A DNA stretch of 22,044 nucleotides from Candidatus Eiseniibacteriota bacterium (GTDB lineage Bacteria > Eisenbacteria > RBG-16-71-46 > CAZEPH01): assembly GCA_044229145.1 (NCBI GenBank), contig JBGATO010000059.1, positions 1-22,044 of the forward strand. The letters run 5' to 3'. The translations under genes and the position numbers were made by a program. Below the pieces are notes generated by a model. It was not told the DNA's origin. It ran no database searches and saw only the letters and a list, made by a program, of their open reading frames with translations. Each line of letters opens with the position of its first letter. The first letter of the stretch is position 1. Positions 7,466 to 16,198 of this stretch are shown one piece after another.

Positions 7466-8401
7466 ATGCACTGCATCGCAACGCTGCGTCGCGGCCTGGT
7501 GGCCGTCGCCGCTCTGCTCGCGCTGGCGCCGGCCGCCGCGCACGCCACGCTCAAAGTCGTCACCACCACCGAAGACCTCGCGGCCATCGCGCGCGAAGTC
7601 GGCGGCGCGCGCGTGCAGGTGGACGCGCTGGCGCACGGCTACGAAGACCCGCACCACGTCGACGCCAAGCCGTCGTTCGTGCTCAAGCTGGCGAAGGCCG
7701 ACGTGTTCATCCAGATCGGCCGCGAACTCGAAGTCGGCTGGGTGCCGCCGCTGCTCACCAACGCGCGCAACGCCAAGATTCAGCCGGGCGGCGCTGGGTT
7801 CCTCGACGTGTCGAGCGGCGTGAAGATCCTCGAGGTGCCGACCGGCGCGGTGGACCGCTCGCAAGGCGACGTGCACCCGTTCGGCAATCCGCACTTCTGG
7901 CTCTCGAGCGACAACGCCGTGCTCATGGCGCAGGGCATCGCCGCGAAGTTCACGCAGGTCGATCCGGCCGGTGCGGCGGCGTACAAAGCCGGCGCCGCCG
8001 CGTTCGCGCAGCACGTGGCGACCGCCAAGGTTCGCTGGACGGCGGCCGCTAAGCGCATCGGCCTCACCGGCGCCAATCTCGTGACCTACCACAACTCGTG
8101 GCCGTACTTCGCGCGCGAGTTCGGCTTCACGGTGGTCGGCTACGTGGAGCCGCGGCCCGGCATCCCGCCGAGCGTCGCGCACACCGCGGATCTCATCACG
8201 CAGATGAAGGCCAAGCACGTGCGCGCGCTGCTGGTCGAGCCGTACTTCGACCAGAAGCTGCCGAAGAAGATCGCGGCGAGCGCCGGCGTGCCGCTGGTGG
8301 TGCTGCCGCCGTCGGTGGACGCGAGCGCCGGCATGAAGACGTACGTCGACCTCGTCGACAAGCAGCTCGCTCTGCTCACGCAGGCGATGGGAGGGAAGTA
8401 G
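7466..8401 (+). CDS. Metal (Zn/Mn/Fe) ABC transporter substrate-binding protein, ZnuA/TroA family
   Basis: ATG 7466 with SD AAGGAG, signal peptide, and motifs LKVVTT, DPHH, DVHPFGNPHFWL, YHNSWPYF and EPRPGIPPS. Confidence 0.92.
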   Translation: MHCIATLRRGLVAVAALLALAPAAAHATLKVVTTTEDLAAIAREVGGARVQVDALAHGYEDPHHVDAKPSFVLKLAKADVFIQIGRELEVGWVPPLLTNARNAKIQPGGAGFLDVSSGVKILEVPTGAVDRSQGDVHPFGNPHFWLSSDNAVLMAQGIAAKFTQVDPAGAAAYKAGAAAFAQHVATAKVRWTAAAKRIGLTGANLVTYHNSWPYFAREFGFTVVGYVEPRPGIPPSVAHTADLITQMKAKHVRALLVEPYFDQKLPKKIAASAGVPLVVLPPSVDASAGMKTYVDLVDKQLALLTQAMGGK

Positions 8402-8404
8402 GCG

Positions 8405-9226
8405 ATGTCCCCGATCCTCTCCCTGCTGCTGTGGCCGTTCCTCGCCGCGGTGCTGGTGGTGTTGTCGCATGCGCACCTCGGACTGCATGTGGTGGAGCGT
8501 GAGGTGATCTTCGTCGACCTCTCGCTGGCGCAGATGGCGGCGCTCGGCACCGCCGTGGCGACGGTCTTCGGCTACGAGCACTCGGCGATGAGCTACGTGT
8601 TCGCGCTCGGCTTCGCGGTGCTCGGCGCAGCGGTGTTCGCGGCCACCCGCAGCGACTCGCGCCGCATCCCGCACGAGGCGATCATCGGCATCGTCTACGC
8701 GGTAAGCGCGGCCGCGTCGGTGCTGGTGCTCAACTCGAGTCCGCACGGCGCCGAGGACATCAAGGACATCCTGGTGGGCAATTTGCTCGCCGTCGGCCCG
8801 CAGGATGTGGCGCGCACCACCATCCTCTACGCGGCGGTGGCGATCGTGCACTGGATCTTCCGCCGTCAGTTCCTGCTCATCACCGAGGATCCCGCGGAAG
8901 CGGCGCGCCGCGGCATGCGCGTCAAGCTGTGGGACTTCCTGTTCTACGTCATCTTCGGCGTGGTGGTGACCAACTCGGTCGGCATCGTCGGCGTGTTGCT
9001 GGTGTTCTCGTACCTCATCGTGCCGGCGGTGACCGCGAAGCTGGTGGCGAGCGGCGTCGGCACCCGCCTCGGCTTCGCATGGGTGATGGCGATCGCCGCG
9101 AGTGTGATCGGGCTGTGGCTCTCGGCGACACGCGACGTGCCGCCGGGCGCCGCCATCGTCGTCGTCCTGGGGGCGATGTTGCTGCTCACCGCGCTGCTGG
9201 TGCGCCGCGGCGCGCGCACGGCCTAG
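8405..9226 (+). CDS. Metal ABC transporter permease, ZnuB/ABC-3 family
   Basis: Multiple TM helices; motifs HLGLHVVEREVIFVDLSLAQMAALG, EAIIGIVY, ILVGNLL and VGVLLVFSYLIVPA. Confidence 0.9.
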   Translation: MSPILSLLLWPFLAAVLVVLSHAHLGLHVVEREVIFVDLSLAQMAALGTAVATVFGYEHSAMSYVFALGFAVLGAAVFAATRSDSRRIPHEAIIGIVYAVSAAASVLVLNSSPHGAEDIKDILVGNLLAVGPQDVARTTILYAAVAIVHWIFRRQFLLITEDPAEAARRGMRVKLWDFLFYVIFGVVVTNSVGIVGVLLVFSYLIVPAVTAKLVASGVGTRLGFAWVMAIAASVIGLWLSATRDVPPGAAIVVVLGAMLLLTALLVRRGARTA

Positions 9227-9591
9227 GAGCGGAAGGCATCGCGCAAATGCTCGACGCGGGCCGCCGCGTGTGCTGCCGACCACGTCACCGCGACGACGTC
9301 GAAGCGCACCGGCGGCCACGGTTCGGGCAACCGTTGCAGGTAGAGCGACGCGCTGGCGATCAGTCGCCGGCGCTTCGTCGCATCCACCGCCGAGACGGCG
9401 CCGCCGAACCCATCGCTGCGCCGCAATTTCACCTCCACGAACACCAGCGTGGCGCCTTCGGTGGCGACGAGATCGAGCTCACCGCGACCACACCGTACGC
9501 GGCGGCCGCACACGATGAGACCGTGCAGACGGACGAGTCCTTCGGCGAGCAATTCGCCGGCAACGCCGGTGGCATCGGTGGGACTGGGCAT
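9223..9591 (-). CDS. yraN: YraN/UPF0102 family PD-(D/E)xK nuclease-like protein
   Basis: G..GE..A, GELDLVA, LVFVEVKLR, AV...KRRRL and RFDVVAV; 122 aa. Confidence 0.9.
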   Translation of the reverse strand: MPSPTDATGVAGELLAEGLVRLHGLIVCGRRVRCGRGELDLVATEGATLVFVEVKLRRSDGFGGAVSAVDATKRRRLIASASLYLQRLPEPWPPVRFDVVAVTWSAAHAAARVEHLRDAFRS

Positions 9592-9660
9592 GCAGAGTCA
9601 CATCCTCCGCCGCGTCGGCCCGCACCGCGCGGCGGCGCGGTGTCTTGCAAGTCGCGTGCG

Positions 9661-10398
9661 CTACGGTTTGGCGAAGGTGACGGTGTACGTCTGCCACGAT
9701 GCCACCGGCCGGCCGCCGAGGCGCGCCGGCGAATAGCGCTGCCGGCGCGCCACGCGCACGGCTTCCTCCGTGAGTTCGGGCAGCGGCAACTCGCGCGTGA
9801 CGCGCACCGAGTCCACGAGGCCGAGTTCGGTCACGTGCACGGTCATGACGACGTCGCCGGTGATCTTCTTCTTGCGCGCGGTCTCGGGATAGTTCGGCCA
9901 CGTGAACGTCTGCAGGCTCGCGGGCTCGAACTCTTGCGGGGCTTCGTGACCTCCCCCGCTCCCACCACCGGAACCACCGCCCGAGCCGCCGCCGGTGCCG
10001 GCACCACCTTGTCCGCCGGGCACTCCGTTCGCGACGCCGGGCTGCGGCGGTGCGACCTGCGGTGCCACGTCGGGGACGGGCAAGGGCGTCGCGTTCTCCG
10101 GCGCGCTGCCGAGCGGCGCCGGCCCCGGCTTCGTCAGGCCGACCCCACCGCCCTCGGGGCCGCGCGTCACGGGCGGCAAGACGAGCAGCGGCGGCGGCAG
10201 GCGCAACCCGCCCGCGTCCGGCAGCCGGTACGCCGATTGCCGTGCGAAGGGCCACACGCCGCCGAGCACCCCGAGCGCATGCACCACCGCCGCCACCGCG
10301 AACGCCTGCACCAGGCGACGCTCGGCGCCCCGCGACCACGCGGGCACCGGGGTGACGAATGGATGCGCCTGACGCGGCGCCGACGCGGACTCGGACAT
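9661..10398 (-). CDS. tonB: Energy transducer TonB family protein
   Basis: Start MSESAS at ATG 10398. TM anchor with His (AVAAVVHALG), Pro-rich and Gly-rich linker, and TonB C-domain PNYPETARKKKITGDV...G.V....V...P.L.EEA.RVA....YSPARLGGRPV. Confidence 0.85.
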   Translation of the reverse strand: MSESASAPRQAHPFVTPVPAWSRGAERRLVQAFAVAAVVHALGVLGGVWPFARQSAYRLPDAGGLRLPPPLLVLPPVTRGPEGGGVGLTKPGPAPLGSAPENATPLPVPDVAPQVAPPQPGVANGVPGGQGGAGTGGGSGGGSGGGSGGGHEAPQEFEPASLQTFTWPNYPETARKKKITGDVVMTVHVTELGLVDSVRVTRELPLPELTEEAVRVARRQRYSPARLGGRPVASWQTYTVTFAKP

Positions 10399-10404
10399 GG
10401 CGGC

Positions 10405-10461
10405 ATGATACCAGCAGCGCGCGTGCCGCGGGATGACGCGACCGAACGGCTCCCGTACACT
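10405..10461. promoter_or_regulatory. Divergent promoters for leaderless tonB (TGgTATCAT, minus strand) and kelch gene (ATGACG-17-TACACT, plus strand)
   Basis: The -10 boxes at 10405-10410 (-) and 10456-10461 (+) each lie 6 nt from their ATG. Neither gene has an SD. Confidence 0.6.
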
Positions 10462-10467
10462 CGGCGC

Positions 10468-12063
10468 ATGTCCCCCGCTCGCCACCGGCTCGCGATCGCG
10501 TGCCTCGTCCTCGTTGCCTCCGCCTCGCCGGCGCGCGCCGTGTGGACGAACGTCACCGACGCCGTCGGGAGCGACGCGATGCCGACCCGCGGCCAATGCG
10601 GGTTCCTCTGCACGCCGGGAGGCGACCTGTACGTCGCCGGAGGCGCCGGCCGCCTCCGCATCGGCGGACGCCGGCAATTCACGCTGCTCGGCGATGTCTG
10701 GCGCTGGCGCGACGGCGGCCGCTTCGAGGACCTCACCGCGCGCACCGGCATGCCGATGCCGCCGACTATCGAGGCGCACCTGGCCGCCGACGCGGACGGA
10801 CGCGTGTACGAATTCGGCGGCATCCAGGACTCGCTCGACGGCACGTTCAGCCAGCAGCTCTATCGCTTCACGCCGGGCGACGAGCGCTGGGAGACCATCA
10901 CGCCCACCGCCTCGCCCGACGGACGCGAGGACCACGGCTTCGTCGGCGACACGCGGCGCAATCTGCTGTGGCTGTTCGGCGGCGTCACGGCGGACGCGCG
11001 GCAACTCAACGACCTCTGGGTCTACGACGTGCGGCGCGGCGAGTGGCGCACGGTGCCGCTCTCCACCGTCGACGTGCCGCATCCCCGCGAACTCTACGAC
11101 CTCGCGTGGGATGGCGCCGATGCGCTCTATCTGTTCGGCGGCTACGCCGACGATCTCGGCTACCTGCACGACTTCTGGCGTTTCGACATCCCGCAGTCAC
11201 GCTGGGTCGATCTCACCGCGGCGAGCGGCGCGGAACGTATCTCGCCGCGGTCGTACAACGGGCTGGCGGTCGACGGCCAGGGCATCGTGTGGATGGCCGG
11301 CGGCTTCGACAATCCCGCGGTGCTGGGCGAACTGTGGCGCTACGACCCGCAGATCGGCACCTGGCGCGAGGTGCCGGTGGACGCGGACGGGCTCCTGCCA
11401 CGCGTCACCTACGAGATGCAGTACCGGCCGCAAGACGGCAGCTTGTACCTATTCGGCGGCTTGCTTGCCGACGTCACCAGCCCGAGCGGCTACGCGACCA
11501 GCGCGGAGTTGTGGCGCGGCGACCTCCACCCGCGCATCGTCGCTGCCAGTCCGGTGCGTGACGACACCCTGCGCGTACACGGCGACACCACGCTCGTCTT
11601 CGTCCCGCGCATCGAAACGGAGTCGGGACGGCCGGCGCGCCTCGCGTGGACGATCGACGGGCTGGCGATCGGCGGCGGACTCGACACGCTGCGCTGGCGC
11701 CCGCGCTGGTCGGGTCTGCACCGCATCGCTGTGCAGGCGTGGGATGGGCCGTTGGCCGACAGCGCCGCGTGGTGGGTCGAGGCGCGCGACGTCCCGGTCC
11801 CACCGCCGCGCCTCGCGGTACGTGTCTCGGCCATCGCCGGGTCCGCGCCAGGACTTTATCGGGTCGATCTGCGACGCACGCGGCGCGTCCCTGTCGCGGT
11901 GCGTGTGGTGGACGCGGCCGGACGCACCGTGTGGCGTGGCGCCGCGGCGGCCGACGCGCGGTCGCTCGACATCGACCTCCGCGCCTTCCGCAAGAGCATC
12001 TATTTCCTGCACGCCCAAGCAGATACGCTCGTGCGCCGGGCCCGCCTCCCGCACGTCGACTGA
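10468..12063 (+). CDS. Secreted kelch-repeat beta-propeller protein with Ig-like domain and T9SS-CTD-like C-terminus
   Basis: Start MSPARHRL..., ARA signal peptide, six kelch repeats (LYVAGG, VYEFGG, LWLFGG, LYLFGG, VWMAGG, LYLFGG; the first five end in W/Y-x-(F/Y/W)...W/F). Ends VVDAAGRTVW...IDLRAFRKSIYFL. Confidence 0.88.
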   Translation: MSPARHRLAIACLVLVASASPARAVWTNVTDAVGSDAMPTRGQCGFLCTPGGDLYVAGGAGRLRIGGRRQFTLLGDVWRWRDGGRFEDLTARTGMPMPPTIEAHLAADADGRVYEFGGIQDSLDGTFSQQLYRFTPGDERWETITPTASPDGREDHGFVGDTRRNLLWLFGGVTADARQLNDLWVYDVRRGEWRTVPLSTVDVPHPRELYDLAWDGADALYLFGGYADDLGYLHDFWRFDIPQSRWVDLTAASGAERISPRSYNGLAVDGQGIVWMAGGFDNPAVLGELWRYDPQIGTWREVPVDADGLLPRVTYEMQYRPQDGSLYLFGGLLADVTSPSGYATSAELWRGDLHPRIVAASPVRDDTLRVHGDTTLVFVPRIETESGRPARLAWTIDGLAIGGGLDTLRWRPRWSGLHRIAVQAWDGPLADSAAWWVEARDVPVPPPRLAVRVSAIAGSAPGLYRVDLRRTRRVPVAVRVVDAAGRTVWRGAAAADARSLDIDLRAFRKSIYFLHAQADTLVRRARLPHVD

Positions 12064-12130
12064 GCCCGGGGCCGCGGACCGGCCGCGCGGGACTGGAGAA
12101 AATCGGGGCGTCTGCCGATGACAGCCCCCG

Positions 12131-13864
12131 ATGAACTCCGGCCCTGCCCTTACCTTCACGCGACGGACCGTGCGGCACGCGCTACCCTGCGGCGTCATTG
12201 CCCTGGCATGCGGCGTCCTCGCCGTGGCTCCTGCGTGGGCGGGCACCGGCCCCTCCGCCTCCGTCATCACGCCGGACAGCCGCATCGGCGTCTTCCAGGC
12301 CGGCGCGCCGCAGCCGCCCGATTCCGCCCTCGTCGACCCGAAGATCGTGCCCAACACGTATGGCGGCTGGATGAACCGCGGTTTCTCGCCCAACTCGGCC
12401 ACCGTCGACATCGACAACTGGGTGCGGTGGGCCGAGGCGATGGGCATGGATCCCATCATCACGCTGCAGAGCACCGCGGCCGGCGACAGCATCTCGTCGC
12501 CACCAGCCGACACCACGGCATGGAAGGACTGGGTGACCAGCGTCGTGGAGCGCTACGACGACGACGGCACCGACGACATGCCGGGGCTCACCGCACCGGT
12601 CCGGCATTGGCACGTCGAACAGGAATGGCATCTGTGGTGGTCGGGCACCGTCGAGGAGTACGTCGCACACCTCGCGATGACCTACGCAACGGTGCACCGC
12701 GCAGACCCACTGGCGAAGGTCATCCTCATCGGCCTGGCCACGCAGACCGTGACCGCCGGCGCCGTGTGCCTGCAGAGCGTGTCGTCCGGCGACACCTGCA
12801 CGGTCGGCGGCAAGGCGCTCGAAGAGACGACACAACTCTTGCAGCAAGGCCGCTACGACATAGTCGACATGCACAGCTACGAGTCGTGGCCCATCATCGC
12901 GGCGAAGATCGAGTGGATTCGCGACACCATGCCGAATCCGCAGCTGCCGATTTGGTCGCTCGAGGCCGGCGGGCCGTACGGCATCGACGGCGAGCCGTAC
13001 TCGGACGCCACCAATTCCGCGGCGGTCGTGCAGCAATTCGCGCAAGCGCTCGGCAACGGCGTCGAGCGCTATGGCTGGGCACTGTTTCCTCCGGCGCCCG
13101 GCACCACCTTCGACTACGCGCCGTGGACGGACATGCCGCTGTCGGCGTGGGTGCCGTACCCGGACTCCTTGGCACTCAAGCCGGCGTACTACACGTATCG
13201 CCTCATGGTGCGGCTGCTCTCCGGTTTCAGCAGCGCGAGCAACGTCAGCACCGGGAGCGCCACCGACACTCTCGGCGCCTTCATGTACCGCTTCCAGCTG
13301 GGCGACTCGACGGTCTACGTGGTGTGGAATTCGGACGGCATCGAACGCGATGTCACCTTCGACATCCAAGGGCCCGCGGCCATCGTCACGCACATCATCA
13401 GCGAGCCCGGCCAGACCGACGACGACGCGCAGATGGAGTTCCTCTACGCCACGCACGGCAACGTGATCTATACCGCGACCCCGTCGCCGGTGTTCATCAA
13501 GTTCGTCGAGGCGATAACCGACGCACCACCCTTGGCGCGGCCGCCGGACACCGCGCTGCCATTCACGCTCACGCTTCGCGGCGCGACGAGCCGGGGCGAT
13601 GTCCACTTCGAGCTGCGCGGCGCGCTCGGAGCGCGGCCGCCGCTGGCGCAAGTCTTCGACGCCCGCGGCCGCGTCGTCCGCGACGTCAGCGCGGCCCTGC
13701 GCCCGGTGCACGACGCGCGCGGCGACGGCTTCGACGGCGCGTGGGATGGCCGTGACGCAGCCGGCGCACCGAGCGCGGCCGGCGTCTACTTCTTGGCGGT
13801 CACGCCGCGCGACGCGCCGCGCGGTCGTCCCGCGATCGCCCGCCTCGTCCGCTTGGCCCACTAG
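12131..13864 (+). CDS. Secreted clan GH-A-like TIM-barrel glycoside hydrolase (GH39/GH5-like) with FlgD-Ig C-terminal domain
   Basis: AWA signal peptide; VERYDDDG.DDMPGL, HWHVEQEW (acid/base), YDIVDMHSY, PIWSLEAG (nucleophile), KPAYYTY. CTD: VFDARGRVVR...WDGRDAAG.....GVYF. Start could alternatively be GTG 12170. Confidence 0.75.
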   Translation: MNSGPALTFTRRTVRHALPCGVIALACGVLAVAPAWAGTGPSASVITPDSRIGVFQAGAPQPPDSALVDPKIVPNTYGGWMNRGFSPNSATVDIDNWVRWAEAMGMDPIITLQSTAAGDSISSPPADTTAWKDWVTSVVERYDDDGTDDMPGLTAPVRHWHVEQEWHLWWSGTVEEYVAHLAMTYATVHRADPLAKVILIGLATQTVTAGAVCLQSVSSGDTCTVGGKALEETTQLLQQGRYDIVDMHSYESWPIIAAKIEWIRDTMPNPQLPIWSLEAGGPYGIDGEPYSDATNSAAVVQQFAQALGNGVERYGWALFPPAPGTTFDYAPWTDMPLSAWVPYPDSLALKPAYYTYRLMVRLLSGFSSASNVSTGSATDTLGAFMYRFQLGDSTVYVVWNSDGIERDVTFDIQGPAAIVTHIISEPGQTDDDAQMEFLYATHGNVIYTATPSPVFIKFVEAITDAPPLARPPDTALPFTLTLRGATSRGDVHFELRGALGARPPLAQVFDARGRVVRDVSAALRPVHDARGDGFDGAWDGRDAAGAPSAAGVYFLAVTPRDAPRGRPAIARLVRLAH

Positions 13865-13898
13865 TCCGCGACACCGCCGCCGCGCTACGCTGCGCGGC

Positions 13899-15008
13899 AT
13901 GACACGGTCTGCTTCCGCCCCGCTGCGCGGTGTGCGCGTCCTCGATCTCTCCCGCCACGTGCCCGGCGCCTACTGCACGTTGCTGCTCGCGCGCGACGGC
14001 GCCACCGTCACCAAGGTCGAAGATCCCGCGACCGGCGATCTCTTGCGCTCGCTCGAACCGCGGGTCGCCGGGGTAGGCGCGCTGTTCCGCGTGCTGCATC
14101 ACGGCAAACGCTCGGTGGCGATCGACCTGCGGGACGCGCGCGGCCGGGCGCTGCTCGAGCCGCTGCTCGACGCGGCGGATGTCGTCGTGCATTCGTTTCG
14201 TCCCGACGCCGCGCGTCGTCTGCGCGTCGAGGCGCGCACGGTGCGCCGCGGCCGTCCGCGCCTGGTGCACTGCACGGTCAGCGCGTACCCGTCACACGCG
14301 CCGCACGGCGGACACGGCGCGCACGATCTCAACATCGTCGCGCGCTCGGGATTGCTCGATCCAGCGCTGGCGGCCGGCGGCGCCGGCATGCCACGGGCGA
14401 TTCCGCTGCTCGGCATGGGCGCCGCGGGACAAGATGCCGCGTATCGCATCGTCGCCGCGCTGCACGCGCGCGAACGCCACGGCCGCGGCGCGGCGGTGGA
14501 AACGGTAATCGAGTCGGTGTGCGAATCGCTCGCGGCGATTCCCGGCGCGCCGTGGACCTACGGCGAAGGGCTGGGCGAGGACTGGAGCGGCATCCTGACC
14601 GGCAGCGCGCCCTACTACGGCCTGTACGCAACGGCCGACGGCGGCGCGCTCGCGGTGGCGGCAATCGAGGCGAAGTTCTGGCGACGATTCCTCGATGCGA
14701 TCGGTCTCGAGGGCGTCACGCTGCCGCAGCGCGCCAGCGAGCGCGGTGTGGCGGCGGCACGGCGGCGCATCGCGCGCGCCATCGCGGCGCGGCCGTTGGC
14801 GGAGTGGCGCGCGGTGTTCGCGCACGTCGACGCGTGCGTCACGCCGGTGGCCTCGCTCCAGGAGGCGTTGGCGCCCAAGGCACGCCGCCGGGCCGCATCG
14901 CGCGACGACGTCCCGGCGCTCGGCGCCGACACGGCGCGCGTGCTGCGCGCCGCCGGCGTGGACGCGGCGACGGTGCGTGCGCTGCGCGCCGAGGGCGTCC
15001 TCGCCTAG
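13899..15008 (+). CDS. CaiB/BaiF family III CoA-transferase / alpha-methylacyl-CoA racemase-like protein
   Basis: PLRGVRVLDLSRHVPG, GKRSVAIDL, ADVVVHSFRP, AHDLN, PYYGLYATADG and AIEAKFW. ATG 13899 lies 7 nt after a TACGCT -10 box. Confidence 0.88.
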   Translation: MTRSASAPLRGVRVLDLSRHVPGAYCTLLLARDGATVTKVEDPATGDLLRSLEPRVAGVGALFRVLHHGKRSVAIDLRDARGRALLEPLLDAADVVVHSFRPDAARRLRVEARTVRRGRPRLVHCTVSAYPSHAPHGGHGAHDLNIVARSGLLDPALAAGGAGMPRAIPLLGMGAAGQDAAYRIVAALHARERHGRGAAVETVIESVCESLAAIPGAPWTYGEGLGEDWSGILTGSAPYYGLYATADGGALAVAAIEAKFWRRFLDAIGLEGVTLPQRASERGVAAARRRIARAIAARPLAEWRAVFAHVDACVTPVASLQEALAPKARRRAASRDDVPALGADTARVLRAAGVDAATVRALRAEGVLA

Positions 15009-16198
15009 TCCACCTCGAACGTCGGCGTGCGGATCGCCGCGAGCACTTGCTGCGCGAGCGTGACGAACGGTTGCGCCGCCTCCGCGCTCGGGTCGGCGAG
15101 CATGACCGGGCGCCCGCTGTCGCCCCCGAGGCGAATCGCGCCGTCGAGGGGAATCTCGCCGAGGAACGGCACCCCGGTCTCCGCCGCCACCTTCGCCCCG
15201 CCGCCCTGCGAAAACACGTAGGACGTCTCGTGGCAGTGCGGGCAGCGGAACGCCGACATGTTCTCCACCACGCCGATCACCGGCGTCTCCACCTTGGCGA
15301 ACATCGACAGCGCGCGCTTTACGTCGATGAGCGCGACGTCGCTCGGCGTGGTCACCACGACGACGCCGTCGAGCGGCACGTTCTGCACCAGCGTGAGCTG
15401 GGTGTCGCCGGTGCCGGGCGGCAGGTCGAGCACCAGCACATCGAGCGGTGCCCACTTCACCTTGCGCAAGAACTGCATCACCATCTGCATGACCATCGGC
15501 CCGCGCCAGATCACCGGCGCGTCGTCACCGAGCAGGAAGCCGATCGACATGACCTTGAGGCCGCCGGCCTCGAGCGGGACGATGATGTCGGTGCCGTCGA
15601 CCACGGTCGGCGTGTCGTCGACGCCGAGCATGGTCGGCACGCTCGGCCCGAACACGTCGAGGTCGAGCAAGCCGGTCGTGAGCCCGAGCCGCTGCAACGC
15701 CAGCGCGAGATTCACGGCGACCGTCGACTTACCGACGCCGCCCTTGCCGGACGCGACCGCGACGACGTACCGCACGCCCTCGATGGCGGCGCGGCTCGCC
15801 CACGGATCGGCGCCGCGCGGGCGGACGCCGGGGCCCATCTCGAGGCCCGGCGGCGGCGGCGGTGCGGCTGGCGCACCGGCCGGCGCTGCGAGCACCGGCG
15901 GCGCCTCGGGCGCCACCGAGAGCACGCGCACATCGGCGAGCAGATCGGCGCCAAGACCGGCAATCGCCTGGCGCACGTTGCGCTCGATCGCCTCGGCCAC
16001 CGGCGGAATGGTGCCCTTGAAACCGAGCGTCACCGACACCCGCGGGCCATCCACCTCGACGTCGCGCACCAGCCCGAACGAGCCGATCGTGCGGTTGAAT
16101 CCGGGGTACGGCACGGCGGCGCACGCCGCCCGCACCTGCTCGGCGCTTGGGTGTGGCCCGGCGCCGTTCGAGCCAGTTTTCCGTCCGAAGAGTCCCAT
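15005..16198 (-). CDS. mrp: Mrp/NBP35 (ApbC) Fe-S cluster carrier ATPase with N-terminal DUF59-like domain
   Basis: VASGKGGVGKST, LDLDVFGPSVP, WRGPM, DLPPGTGD, VTTP and GVVENMS.F.CPHC. Confidence 0.95.
   Translation of the reverse strand: MGLFGRKTGSNGAGPHPSAEQVRAACAAVPYPGFNRTIGSFGLVRDVEVDGPRVSVTLGFKGTIPPVAEAIERNVRQAIAGLGADLLADVRVLSVAPEAPPVLAAPAGAPAAPPPPPGLEMGPGVRPRGADPWASRAAIEGVRYVVAVASGKGGVGKSTVAVNLALALQRLGLTTGLLDLDVFGPSVPTMLGVDDTPTVVDGTDIIVPLEAGGLKVMSIGFLLGDDAPVIWRGPMVMQMVMQFLRKVKWAPLDVLVLDLPPGTGDTQLTLVQNVPLDGVVVVTTPSDVALIDVKRALSMFAKVETPVIGVVENMSAFRCPHCHETSYVFSQGGGAKVAAETGVPFLGEIPLDGAIRLGGDSGRPVMLADPSAEAAQPFVTLAQQVLAAIRTPTFEVD

Noticed and set aside
9223..9591. YraN nuclease as part of a defence system
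   Set aside because: Widespread housekeeping-context gene; no defence partners in the window.
9950..10012. GGGS-type short tandem repeats
   Set aside because: Gly/Ser linker codons inside TonB; not a CRISPR array or contingency repeat.
8929..10467. 1044-aa ORF suggesting a large fusion onto the kelch protein
   Set aside because: The first 513 codons overlap the permease, yraN and tonB and are junk-like; the signal peptide and promoter point to ATG 10468.
10399..11169. N-terminal extension of TonB (502-aa ORF)
   Set aside because: Antisense to the kelch gene; TonB architecture and the -10 box indicate ATG 10398.
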